64,000 nt of DNA from Paraphysomonas bandaiensis. Taxonomy: Eukaryota > Protista > Chrysophyceae. Shown one piece after another: positions 22,961 to 36,077 of this stretch. The first letter of the stretch is position 1. Each line of letters begins with the position of its first letter. The translations under genes and the position numbers were made by a program. The notes under the pieces were generated by a model. The model saw only the letters and a list, made by a program, of their open reading frames with translations, did no database searches and was not told the origin of the DNA. The DNA is taken from positions 355,862 through 419,861 of the forward strand of contig CBFFRP010000433.1 of the NCBI GenBank assembly GCA_965644295.1, written 5' to 3'.

Positions 22961-25917
22961 TTAATTACCATTAATCCAAAGTTCCCCATTAATCTGAATA
23001 AAACTGATGAAACTAAATTGTGCTGCTATCAAACGACCCTTCTCCATTGACTGGACGAGCATTACTTGTGGAACTATGTGATGCACATGCAGCACTTTGG
23101 CAATTGAAGAAGTAATAGCAACAATAAGATCATTTGAAGGGCATACAAAGTCTTCAGCCACATATACTTTCAATTGTCGCAAATTCGAGCTTTTCACCCG
23201 AGATTCAAGCATTGCCATTTGAATGGATTTCAGAAGCGTGTCGGCAACATGTTGAGTGTCTACGTAATCTTGTAACTCTGGAAGTGACAACGATGCATAC
23301 CCACAGCAAAAACATGTATCGCACTTGCTCCATTTAGAATCTAAGTAGCATAACGTACTCGGCAGTGAACGGCACTTGTGCGATTCAGACCACAATGCAG
23401 AACTCTTCATAACGGTTCGGGCAGACGAATCATCCACAGCAGACGTCTCAATTTCTTTAGAATCAGTGCGCATTGAGCCTGTAGTCCCTCCACATGCTGT
23501 TAGTTTGGGATGCGTTGCAGTCACTTCGACCTCAACCATGGCATTTCTGGGCAAACTACATACCCCTACCACTAACACAGGAAAATTTACATCTTCATCC
23601 AGAGACGAGACACTGTCGGAACAAGAATCACAGTTACTATCAAAGCTGCCCAAATTCTGTCTAATTTTCGTAGATTCGTTAACAACATGAAGTGCACACT
23701 GTCTAGCGCTTTCATGCACTTCACTATAATCTACACCACTGCATAGCTCGTGACTCACATATACTATAAACATCACAGAGTGAACCAGAGAGGAGTTCAA
23801 AGAAATCAAAATCTGGTTGGTATTCTTTATTGCTTGGTACAGTTGCGTATTAAATGATTTCGGTAGCACCGCAGTGTGGGGTATATTCTGTAGTCGTTCA
23901 TCCGAATCAGCTACGATTTCCATAGTTGCAGGATTAAGCCCAATTTGCCCTAGCAAAATACACGTTTAACATAATATATAACACTGTCAACAACAATCGT
24001 AAATTTTATTATCACAGGAGGCAAATCAGGCATACAATATACTTATATGTTTACCAGCCACAAGGTACCAACTCCGATGTAAGATGTTTGCTTGTGCATA
24101 AGGACCGATGCAAACCGGAGCCCATTCCGAAATGCTACGCACATGGAGGACCTGAGCAAATTATATCATCCACAATAACACACGTAATAAATACGGGCGG
24201 CATATAACACTAATTTAAAAAACCGTAATTCAGGAACACGAACAGCATATATTTAAGGCAGTACCTCTCTGCGTCTGCTCTTGGCGTGCATACCTAATGT
24301 CTTGTACGAATCAGCCAATAACTGTCCATCTAGAGCCACTCGTACCCCTGGAGGCAATCTGACCTGAATAGTATACGCCTATTTAGTCCAATAATTCACA
24401 GATATATTCCTAGCTTACCGCAACACAAGACCTAGAAGGTGGGTGCCTATTGAACCAGGTACAATACTCGTCGTTCATGCTCTCGTAAATTCCCATATCA
24501 TCGACATATATTGAACAAAATGTCATATCTTTTATATCCAAACCAAGACGATGAAGAGAGGCTTCTAACTGTGAGAGGATATCTCTTGTCTGCTGTCTTA
24601 CATCACTACCTACAACTCACAAATCAACCCGAAAAGAAAGGTGTCCTAAAACCAATATTTTAGTTACCTTTAGCTAAGGCCATTCTAGGGTAAATGGTGG
24701 GAACATATCCATACCCGTCAGCATCAAGGTTGAGTTGAACACATGCTTGTACACATGGTTTTCGCACCCCACCTTCATCAGCAGAGGAGCCTACGAAAGA
24801 CAGACAATCACTGCGGCATGTACAAACAGATGACATACTCACCAAGAGATATTGGGACAGAAGTAGTACTGCATTCAGTAGTCACTTGTGCCTCCATCAA
24901 ATGGTCTTTATCAACAGCATCACACGATAGAACTCTCAAAAATCCTACTGACGGGTCCTCGTCATCGTAAACAATTTCCGATGAAGTTATCACGAGTCTC
25001 TTTTTGAAGACTTTGCAGTCCAGAACCAAACTTTCATACTCTCCTCCTTCTCCGCAAAAATCAAGATCAAACTTATTGTGAAGACGATGTAATGTCGGTA
25101 GCAAGGCCGACAAGCTTTTGCCTTAATATATAATCAGTGTTGTGTATATAAAACGAGAACTAAGTGTACAGTGACTAGGAACAGTTTTATTGAACAAGTA
25201 AAGTATAAGCGCGTGAAATGGCAGCAGGGGTACCTAAATGTTTGTCAGGATCTAGTCCAGCACCGGCGACTTTAACTAAAACTGCATTTACCCCACTGTC
25301 AATCATTTCTGTCAACAAGTCTTCTCTGTCCCTTTGCCAGAGGTAAGTAAGGGGGGTTAGCCCTAAGCGTTGGCACACATTCTCCACGCGATAGCGCTGA
25401 TAGCTTGAAACTATAGTTCCACAAGACACTCCACGAATATCAGGGTGGGCAGCCTGTAGAATGTATACAGCCGTCGCAATGAGCATTTATATATACAATA
25501 GAACGCTCTTCTAGCACTAAAACCATTTGAATGGGATAAATACACATATCACAACACATCAACACATGTAAGAACATATAACACGTATTACACTACCATT
25601 AAATTTACCTTAACAGATTTCAGTAAATCGAAGAGATCTTCGACCTCATCTCCTTCAGTTGTTTCATAATCTAAACACTGCATAACAGCCGTCCCTCTCA
25701 TTGCTTGTCTATAGAGAGGTACACCCAAACACTCTGCCATAACTGGTATGGCTGTAAATGCAGCTGATTGATACATATAGCTGTTAACTTCATCAACACC
25801 TGACTCTAATGGAGGATGAAGATTAGCCACACATATAAGCTCATGAGAGTGCTTTATGCATATCTCTGCATTGTAGCATGAGTCTTTTCCACCACTTAGA
25901 AGTGCAACGAATTTCAT
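22961..25917 (-). CDS. DPH6: Diphthine-ammonia ligase (Dph6) with C-terminal RidA/YjgF-like domains, multi-exon
   Basis: MKFVALLSGGKDSCY, DEVNSYMYQ, GDEVEDL, YQRYRVENVCQRLGL..LTYLWQRD, CGEGGEYESLVLDC. RidA-like parts include SEWAPVCIGPYAQA, GQIGLNPATM and LPRNAMVEVE. Confidence 0.95.
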
Positions 25918-26393
25918 TCGTTATGATTGAGTGTAGTGGGATGGTTATGGTTAGGTTTGGTTTGAATGGTTGATTATAAGAAAAGCAATGAAGATATGCA
26001 TATATATACTGTATATAGGGTGTACTCCACTGCTGTGTACCTATGCCTTTATCACTGGAGAACACGTCCACCAGGTACACACTGATGTACACAGCACTGG
26101 TACTGCAACAAATCGTTCTGTAGATATACACCAGACTTATTTCCCTATTTTCTATATTTCTGAAACCATAAACCCTATTTTCTAAATTCCACCACAAAAT
26201 ACTCTTATTTCTAGAGATAGAAAATGTTGGTGTGGTTTACTGGAGGGTGTTTTTTGTTAGAGGGAAGTGTGTGGATGGAGAGAATTGACAGGAATCGCCT
26301 GCAGTATGTATGTGTCTGGTATATATATATATGCTTTGACAAGTAAGGGCCTTAGTACATCCATAGTAGTGGGATATATTATAATAACCAGTC

Positions 26394-27890
26394 ATGGCAC
26401 ACACAACTTTAGTCAATGTGGATATTGAAACAGCCCCTAAGTTGGCATCGTTTATTGCGGATTTAATCGAGGAACAGGAGGAGAAACATCAGTATTTAGA
26501 TGAGTGTAAGGCTATGATTGAGGCCGCTCAGACATATGAGCTCTTATCTAAATTCCTCGAGAAAAGTGATCTTATTTTAAGCATGGAAAATGGACAAGGT
26601 ATGACAGATTTCAGTGCTTGCATGGGGTATTGATGTCGTTCATGTAGATGCTGAGGGCAGTTTTCAGGCTATCGTGTCTATTCTATACACTCTACAGGAA
26701 GAAGATAAAGCACTCAGCATAACTAACACAACTGTTGAGAAACTTTGCTCTAATAATGAGAGCAAATGTGCTCTTAGATTAAAGATACTTGTCACATTCT
26801 TTAACCTGCTCACCAACGTGCAATTTAAGTTAACAGTTCTTAGAGGTAATATTTCATACCGATATCCCTTAAATTCTTTATTGTACAATTGTATGCGCTA
26901 CTGAAAATTTACGCTGTTTTTGGCGCTGTGTGATTTATGTTTGCAGCTATTTTTAAATATGCCATTGACACAAATCAAACCGTCCTTATTGGCCATTTCC
27001 ACGGACCTGTGACCCGTTGGGTGGAGGAGTGGAACTTGTCGAATACAGACAAACGTATGCTTTATCACTCTATGTCTGATATTCTCATGCGAAATGGCGA
27101 CGAGTCGCTGGCGCTCCAATTTCTGATCAAATACCTAAATACCTTTGGTAAGGAGGAGTGCACCAAAGAGGCTGTTCAATTTGCCACCTCAGCGGTGATC
27201 AATGCCATCAAGTCACCAGCCGCGTCATTTACGGACAGATCTCTGTTGCACCAGGTGTGTATGGAGAAATATATAGTGCCATATTCGTTATATGTTTTTG
27301 GTGATGACTTTTCTCTGGGAATGTTGCATCATATTCGTACTGTTTTTAACAATTTTCAACAGAGTCTCTCGAAAATTGCCATCAAGGACAGTACTCTAGA
27401 GCCCCTTGTAGAGCTGCTTCGCATCATATGCGCTGGTGATATTGACAGTCTGTCTTCCTTCCAGAAGTCCAACGGTTCTCTATTATCTGCTCATGATATC
27501 TCTGTGGACACTATCCTTCACTCGATGAAGCTCATGAAACTCTGTCTCCTGGCTGCCCGAGCGACTGCGGACCACTCACGGGCCAGTGAGCTATCGTATG
27601 CTGATATAGCCGAGGCCCTAGAGGTTAACGAAGATGAAGTAGAGGTGTGGGTGGTTGATGCTATCTCCAGTGAATTGATGGAAGCCACAATGGACCAATT
27701 GAGACGAGTCGTCGTTGTCAGGTAAGTGAACGTCTGTCATAATACGAAGATTGTACTGATATGTAACTACAGTCGTTGTGCGCGCGTTTCGTTCGAAGCT
27801 GATCAGTGGGTGTCTCTCCAGCACAAGCTCTCGACTTGGCACTCCAGCATGTCCAGTCTCCTCGATCTCATTCAGAAGCACAACGCCTAG
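26394..27890 (+). CDS. EIF3M: Eukaryotic translation initiation factor 3 subunit M (PCI domain), multi-exon
   Basis: LRLKILVTFFNL, MKLMKLCLLA, LSYADIAEALEVNEDEVEVWVVDAISSELMEATMDQLRRVVVV; last exon FEADQWVSLQHKLSTW...KHNA-TAG at 27890. Confidence 0.9.
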
Positions 27891-28227
27891 ACCTAATGCT
27901 ATGTAATTTATGATGCGTAGATATAGCGGACAATGGGCTCATTACTGAATTCAAGGTTTTGAGTAAGTTAGCGTGAGTGTATGAATGGGTGGTAGCTGAG
28001 GGAAGAAACGGAACAAAGTAGCTTTGTTGGTATGATTATGTATCTCTCGTCCTTAAGTAAATATTCATCAAACTGAGTCGCAGTATCAAACTTTTGGTTT
28101 AAGAGCGGCACAGATGTAGCGATAAGATATCGCTATACTATGGTGCATGCAATGTATCAAAGATATTAGATATTAGATTTACATCGTATATGTTGTGTGA
28201 ACATGGTCCTACTGAAATATGTATGTA

Positions 28228-31200
28228 CTAACAGTACTACTAATAAACCACGTCTTTTCATTCGTAGCAATCACAGTCCGCACATCACAACATCTTTTCA
28301 TTCGTGACAATCATAGTCCATATTCCACAAATTGCAACGTTTATTGATTCGTAACAATCATATCCCACAACAAATATTAGAATGACTCATAATATGTAGT
28401 ATGTAGGTATTTGGTATATTGAGGATAGAGGATAGGGAGGACGAGTTCATCTTTCCCTGCCTACCTAGCCTGCTGTTAGGTGGCTATTAGCAATAAGCAC
28501 AAATAGTACGTTTTCTACATTATTAAAGCACGTAACTGAAAAAGCGAAATAATAGTGAATTGTGCACGTATCGTGCAAACACTAAGAGAAGATGCACTGT
28601 CGCTAAGAAATATATGAATTCAAGGCCAACGTAGTTCTAACTGTCACAATGTACACTACACCTTGGACTATGCGGACAGGCATGTAATATATATAGATGC
28701 CGAAATGCAGTTTGCAGTTGTGTACACGGAGAATAGAGCGTACTTTATGGAAACTCTTGATGGGTTCGAGAGGTAGACCGCAAAAAAGTTGATAGCAGGC
28801 TAAATGGAGAAGCTATGAAATTTTATCATGACACTTTTCTTGAGTTTATCCAGTATTTCTATCACTATCCTTCAATGCAGGATGCATGTAGGAATTGATA
28901 GCTTCATTCATCTTGCTATCACCACTTTATTGATACATCTTCTATGGGTGCTACAGAATATCATTCCATGAGTTTGATACCTTCAGACTATTCTATCATA
29001 CGAGTATAGGGTGTTTACTCTCTCTCTCTCAACTAACCTGAACCCTCTTGTGTTGTATGCACAGTGGTGGGCTGACTTTAAGCAGCTCTTTCTTGTTGGC
29101 TGAATTTTCTAATAAAATCCTCTCTCTGTACTGGATTTCCGGATTTTGTACAATCTAGAAATGAATTCCAAATTTGGAATATACAGAGTAGAATATTCTA
29201 TGTATCACTAAAATACCTGGTTTTCTACAATTTCTCGAAAGCAATTTGATAAATTTCTCGATTTCTATGTTTTTAGATATAGATGCACCTCCATTCATCA
29301 TAGTAATCATCCCGTTTGTTCCAACATTCTCACGAGCCTATCAATATTTCAACACTGCCTGCCTGTGCGTATGTAGGCATGCCAGTATGCAACTTTCTCA
29401 CAATTGCAATAAAAGTAATTAACTATTAAGATTAAAGGGATAACAAGAGAATAGAAGGTGGGATTCGTGTGTGACAGCTGTATTGGTGAGTATTGTATCG
29501 CTCTACGATATGATGTGCTCTATCTATCTATGTATGCATGTATACATGTGGATCTCTCTATATACGTATAGTTAGATATATATAATATGTGTTATGTATA
29601 TCTATTTGTAGAGTATGTCTGGTCACCCGAAGCGTCGCAAGTCGACTGATAGTGATACGAGTTCGACGAGTGAATACGATGTGAACGATAATGTGTCAGT
29701 TGTCAGTGAGTCTTTCAAAGACAGAAATGGAGCTCATATGCAGTCCTCTATTCGAGATGAAAATTACATATGTGGGTATCTCCTTAAGAAGTCTCAGGAT
29801 GGTGTATGGCAGAAGCGTTTTTTTGAGACGAATAGCACTTTTCTAACATACTACAAGTCGAAGAAGCGTACCAAACTGCTAGCAGCTTTAAATATGCCTA
29901 ATGTCGGAGAAATTACTCTGGTACGTTATTTCGACAGCTTGAAATATGTAACATGTGACGTTTGAGTTGATGCTTTCCTAGATCGGCAATACAACTGATA
30001 ACCTTGGTGATGGTGTCGTGTTTCAATTAGAACTCAAGGATAGGAGCTACATTTTACGTTCTCCAGATCTCGCCGATGCCCAGAGATGGATCAGGGGACT
30101 TAAAAAGCTTCGAGACTCTGCCAAGGCCAAAACTATTGTAGAAGAAGATCCTGATGCTATGGATGAAAGTCGTAGTAGTACGTCCGTAAGAAACTCTACA
30201 ACCACAGTACTCTAACAGTACTACTAATAAACCACGTCTTTTCATTCGTAGCAATCACAGTCCGCACATCACAACATCTTTTCATTCGTGACAATCATAG
30301 TCCATATTCCACAAATTGCAACGTTTATTGATTCGTAACAATCATATCCCACAACAAATATTAGAATGACTCATAATATGTAGTATGTAGGTATTTGGTA
30401 TATTGAGGATAGAGGATAGGGAGGACGAGTTCATCTTTCCCTGCCTACCTAGCCTGCTGTTAGGTGGCTATTAGCAATAAGCACAAATAGTACGTTTTCT
30501 ACATTATTAAAGCACGTAACTGAAAAAGCGAAATAATAGTGAATTGTGCACGTATCGTGCAAACACTAAGAGAAGATGCACTGTCGCTAAGAAATATATG
30601 AATTCAAGGCCAACGTAGTTCTAACTGTCACAATGTACACTACACCTTGGACTATGCGGACAGGCATGTAATATATATAGATGCCGAAATGCAGTTTGCA
30701 GTTGTGTACACGGAGAATAGAGCGTACTTTATGGAAACTCTTGATGGGTTCGAGAGGTAGACCGCAAAAAAGTTGATAGCAGGCTAAATGGAGAAGCTAT
30801 GAAATTTTATCATGACACTTTTCTTGAGTTTATCCAGTATTTCTATCACTATCCTTCAATGCAGGATGCATGTAGGAATTGATAGCTTCATTCATCTTGC
30901 TATCACCACTTTATTGATACATCTTCTATGGGTGCTACAGAATATCATTCCATGAGTTTGATACCTTCAGACTATTCTATCATACGAGTATAGGGTGTTT
31001 ACTCTCTCTCTCTCAACTAACCTGAACCCTCTTGTGTTGTATGCACAGTGGTGGGCTGACTTTAAGCAGCTCTTTCTTGTTGGCTGAATTTTCTAATAAA
31101 ATCCTCTCTCTGTACTGGATTTCCGGATTTTGTACAATCTAGAAATGAATTCCAAATTTGGAATATACAGAGTAGAATATTCTATGTATCACTAAAATAC

Positions 31201-32191
31201 CTGGTTTTCTACAATTTCTCGAAAGCAATTTGATAAATTTCTCGATTTCTATGTTTTTAGATATAGATGCACCTCCATTCATCATAGTAATCATCCCGTT
31301 TGTTCCAACATTCTCACGAGCCTATCAATATTTCAACACTGCCTGCCTGTGCGTATGTAGGCATGCCAGTATGCAACTTTCTCACAATTGCAATAAAAGT
31401 AATTAACTATTAAGATTAAAGGGATAACAAGAGAATAGAAGGTGGGATTCGTGTGTGACAGCTGTATTGGTGAGTATTGTATCGCTCTACGATATGATGT
31501 GCTCTATCTATCTATGTATGCATGTATACATGTGGATCTCTCTATATACGTATAGTTAGATATATATAATATGTGTTATGTATATCTATTTGTAGAGTAT
31601 GTCTGGTCACCCGAAGCGTCGCAAGTCGACTGATAGTGATACGAGTTCGACGAGTGAATACGATGTGAACGATAATGTGTCAGTTGTCAGTGAGTCTTTC
31701 AAAGACAGAAATGGAGCTCATATGCAGTCCTCTATTCGAGATGAAAATTACATATGTGGGTATCTCCTTAAGAAGTCTCAGGATGGTGTATGGCAGAAGC
31801 GTTTTTTTGAGACGAATAGCACTTTTCTAACATACTACAAGTCGAAGAAGCGTACCAAACTGCTAGCAGCTTTAAATATGCCTAATGTCGGAGAAATTAC
31901 TCTGGTACGTTATTTCGACAGCTTGAAATATGTAACATGTGACGTTTGAGTTGATGCTTTCCTAGATCGGCAATACAACTGATAACCTTGGTGATGGTGT
32001 CGTGTTTCAATTAGAACTCAAGGATAGGAGCTACATTTTACGTTCTCCAGATCTCGCCGATGCCCAGAGATGGATCAGGGGACTTAAAAAGCTTCGAGAC
32101 TCTGCCAAGGCCAAAACTATTGTAGAAGAAGATCCTGATGCTATGGATGAAAGTCGTAGTAGTACGTCCGTAAGAAACTCTACAACCACAG
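28228..32191. repeat. Tandem segmental duplication, period 1,984 bp (copy 1 28228-30207, 4-bp filler, copy 2 30212-32191)
   Basis: Copies appear identical by eye; ORFs 29615/31599 and 30018/32002 are offset by exactly 1,984 bp. Confidence 0.97.
29615..30215 (+). CDS. PH-domain protein, copy 1 (C-terminally truncated, no CaaX)
   Basis: Exons 29615-29920 and 29982-30215. PH motifs CGYLLKKS..WQKRFF...LTYYKS and FQLELKDRSYILRS..DAQRWIRGL. Ends NSTTTVL-stop at the duplication junction. Confidence 0.8.
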
Positions 32192-32271
32192 AACCCGCAG
32201 CGGCCTCACCGAGTGGAGATTGGGGAAAACAGGAAAAGAAATCGTGCTGTGGAGTTTGCGTAATCTCCTAG
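31599..32271 (+). CDS. PH-domain protein, copy 2 (complete) with C-terminal Cys cluster and CaaX box
   Basis: Exons 31599-31904 and 31966-32271; ends KKSCCGVCVIS-stop. Confidence 0.88.
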
Positions 32272-32899
32272 ATGATACAGACGACAGTTGATATGACGAA
32301 ATACATTGCTATTGTAACTGACGAATTTCAGAACTAAATATTATTTTTGAGATAGTATTAAGGAGCACGAGTCGATGGATTGAGTTCAACTAATCTCTGC
32401 CATTGTAAACTGTGTGCTTTAAATTATATAATTTATAGATATTCAAACCCTATATAACACGTCATTGGCTACTATATTTTTCATTATCAATAGTTGTTCT
32501 TAGGTTGTGAGTTGAGTTGTGCGTTGTACAGAGATGACGAGCAGTAATTCAGTTATGAAAAGTGTATTTAGAGTGTACAAGAAAAACAGAAGAGATTCCT
32601 CCTCCTAATCATGCTTGCATAGCTTAGTTTCCTCATGATCACTACTCCAGGAAACGTCCTCGGAATAAGGATATACGGTGCACTATCACACTTCTACATA
32701 ACTCAAAAAGCTCAATATGCGTTAGTGTTTGAAAATATTGTCTCGTTTCCGCATATATCTCACATACGCATACTGACTACAAAAAATGATACAATACTAC
32801 ACAGCAGCACTTTCACGTGTTGAATCAACTTACCACTAGTCAGTATACCTCCATCTACACATGTTTTGTAAACTAAGATTTAGAAAGATGCACAAACTA

Positions 32900-34970
32900 C
32901 TAAAACATATAGTCAAATGGGTTATTTGACTGCGTTTGTTGATCAGATTCAATGGACTGCGACTGTGGTTGCATATGTGCCGAAACAGAAGGCATATCAG
33001 ACGATGGCTGGTTCGAAGGATAACCAAGCGACTCAGTAGGCGGGGCGGGGGGCTGCTGAGCTCCGCCTAAATATATTCACAAAAATAAACACACTAAGTA
33101 CATTGCAAACACTCAAAATATACATCCACTGTCAAATACCTGACATGATTTCATCTATAGAAACACGACAACTAAAGGGATCATCATCATTCTTAGGTGC
33201 TGTCTGCGAATCGCCGACTGCAGCTCTGGAGGGAGTCAAAACCACACTTCCAAATATATCATCTGTATGTGCAGGTGGTAATTGAGTTGGGTTTTGGCGT
33301 TCACTACGAATTACTCTGGGTTGTGTCGCTGGTGGGGCAGAAATTGTAGGGACAGTTGTATTCGACTTAGCACCTTGCTGGTGTGGATGCATGCTAAATA
33401 TTCCCATTGTCTCACTTTGTATTTCCATTTGACCAGCTACAGAAGGAAGCTGAGGGGGCGACGGTTGTGCAATATTAGTAGCTGCAGGCTTCCGAATCAC
33501 ATCTCCAAACATGTCGTACTGAACAGGTTCTATTTCTTCAACTGACTTTTTAGAGTCTTTCGTGTTGCTGGGAGCAGGTGACGACATGAACATGTCCAAT
33601 AAATTATCCCCACTTGACTCCTGTGGTGTTTGTGTTGTGGTTGTCGCAACGGTTTCTTCTTCCTCATGAAGAGCACGAAGAGTCATGCAACCATCACGAA
33701 GAGGTGTTGCACCGGACTGTATCATCGTGTACACTTGTAGAATGAGTGCAATGTCATCATTCAGCTTGAACAGGCCTTCAATTCCCTGCGGGATTTGTTC
33801 GGGTCATGTATGAGATTACGTATGTACATTAGAAGAGCAAGCACCCATTGACTTACATCCCCCTCTCCGGAAAGTTCTACTTCGATAGCAGTTGCCAAGG
33901 CATCCTGGTGAACTCTTAGTTGGGTAACAATTTCATCACAAATTTCATTGTCTTGCAGCTCCGACGCGCTGGCAGCATTTAAAATAATCTCCCGCAATAT
34001 TCCCATGGAAGAATTGCACCCAGCAATAACTTCAGAGGCCTTACTGTTACTTCTTGAGGTCGATGGGGCTGGGCGGGCATGTTGGGCTTCTGCATTGGCA
34101 CGGGACATGCCCAACGCATCCATTGTCGAATCTGGTGGAGGGCCTGAATCTGCCAGACTGGCAGCCATAGCAGCTGCTATCGCATCCTCTTCACTCTGAG
34201 GGTGAGGAGCAAACCCAGCATTGGTATCGGGAGGGATCACAGGGGGAGGACTAAAGACTGGAACTCGAGACTCATCATACTGGGCTCGGAATTCCAAACC
34301 ATCTTTGCGCAAGTCGTGATAGAGTTTAGGAATAAGTGGATATTCCCTGGAACGAGGCAAGAAAGCTTCGCCCCACGCTTGAATAATATCCAAACATAGC
34401 TCCAATACCTCACGACAGGACGACTCGTGCTTCTTACCATTATACTTTCGAGCAACCTTCCCTAATTCTTTCAAAAACGAATCATCATTGATTGCCCTGT
34501 TAAGTAATTAACACTCCAGTTACCAGTCCCGTATAAAAGAAAAGAGACGCTCTATACGTATATTACACATGCTAATATACCTGAAAGCTCTTTCACCACA
34601 GTTTTTGACGATAGCTTCAGTTAGATGAAGAGAAAGAGCCACGACATTATGAGATCTGGATGAGAATTTTCTCTTTACAGCTGCCATCGCTTCATTCACT
34701 CTGTATGTATGTATGTATGTATGTATGTGTATATGTGTATACACATGTATATATATTACAACAACATCACGTATACTCTATAGGCACATACACTGCTTGT
34801 GTTGGAGCCATACATATCGCATCACAACATGCTAGATTAGCTCCCCAATCAGGCTGTAAGAGGATCTCATCTGTACAGCGATCAACAGCAGTCTTTATAT
34901 TATCAAACGACTGTTTCTCTCGAGGGGTTAGATGCATACCAAGAGGTCGTGCAAAAATATTCATATTCAT
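32900..34970 (-). CDS. TOM1-like VHS-GAT endosomal adaptor, multi-exon
   Basis: VHS: TDEILLQPDWGANLACCDAI, ALSLHLTEAIVKNCG, LDIIQAWGEAF...YHDLRKDGLEF. GAT-like helices follow. Tail carries NLLDMF, DPF and a terminal NNPFDYMF-stop (32900). Confidence 0.88.
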
Positions 34971-36077
34971 TGGCTATTATGATATATACCAATAGGATTA
35001 TGTAGGTATCTATGATTAATATGCAGATAACTATATAACTATGTATGTATAGATGTCTATGTATGATGTAGGACTATGTGTATGTGCTGCTGTATATGGA
35101 GATGTGTGTACAGCATATACAGCAGTACGTGCATATCATTCTTATGTGGATTTCTTATGTATGAGAATACAACTCACTCATACCCAAATACAAAGCACTG
35201 AATTTTCCACACAAAAAATTTATATACTCACATACGATACTGTAATATCTTATACGTACAGTACTGTATATCCCTGTATTCTATTGGCATGGACAATGCA
35301 TAGACATCTACAGGAATGTTACATGGTAGCCCGTTGATGTGTAGGATCCTATGTAGCCCGTTGATATATGGTCTGTTGATCCTCTTGAGATTCTGTGACA
35401 TTGAGTTGAGGTTCACTGGCACCTATCATGACTAACTTATCATAATTTAGATTGAAATATCACAGTGTAGTACTGTTCTGGTATATATATAGCATCCATT
35501 ATTACTGTTGACATCATAGAGGGTTCATCTAGATCATGTAATCGACAGCAGGTGGGACATAATGGGACATAACAGTTGTGTACCAGCGAGCCTACACTAT
35601 GGCCACGCTCTCGGAATGGGGCAAGACAAGTTTATTGTAAGCTGACATTATTACCAGATATCGTTAGTATCAATGGGGTATGAGGTAAATCAATATAAAG
35701 AAACATATCAATCAATATTGAAATAATATGGATTATCTTCAAGTAAATGTGATATAGTGCCGTGTAAAGTGCTTTCGGCAGTAGGGGTTGCATTGATAGA
35801 TTACAGCGATAAAATAAAGGTTGAGTTCTTGAGTACTAAAATTAATGACCTCTTGTTACTCTCAACACATTATATATAAGGCGCTTCCAAACTGAGTACT
35901 GAAAGCAATGCAACTGGTTGGTTTAGAGGAGAACTATTACGATTGTACGATGAAACCGCTGCACCTACTTGTACACAACGTAATAGAAAAAAATCGTATC
36001 ACTTACATTACACGCACACATTCACATCAAAACAAGCAAGTGTAAAATCTAAACACATAGAACGTATTGCATGGGAA

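Noticed and set aside
22961-24600. RidA/YjgF-like domains fused to Dph6 as a novel fusion
   Set aside because: This architecture is already known for fungal and plant Dph6.
28250-28370. ~40-bp repeats as a CRISPR-like array
   Set aside because: Only three degenerate units, no regular unique spacers, no cas genes, eukaryotic context.
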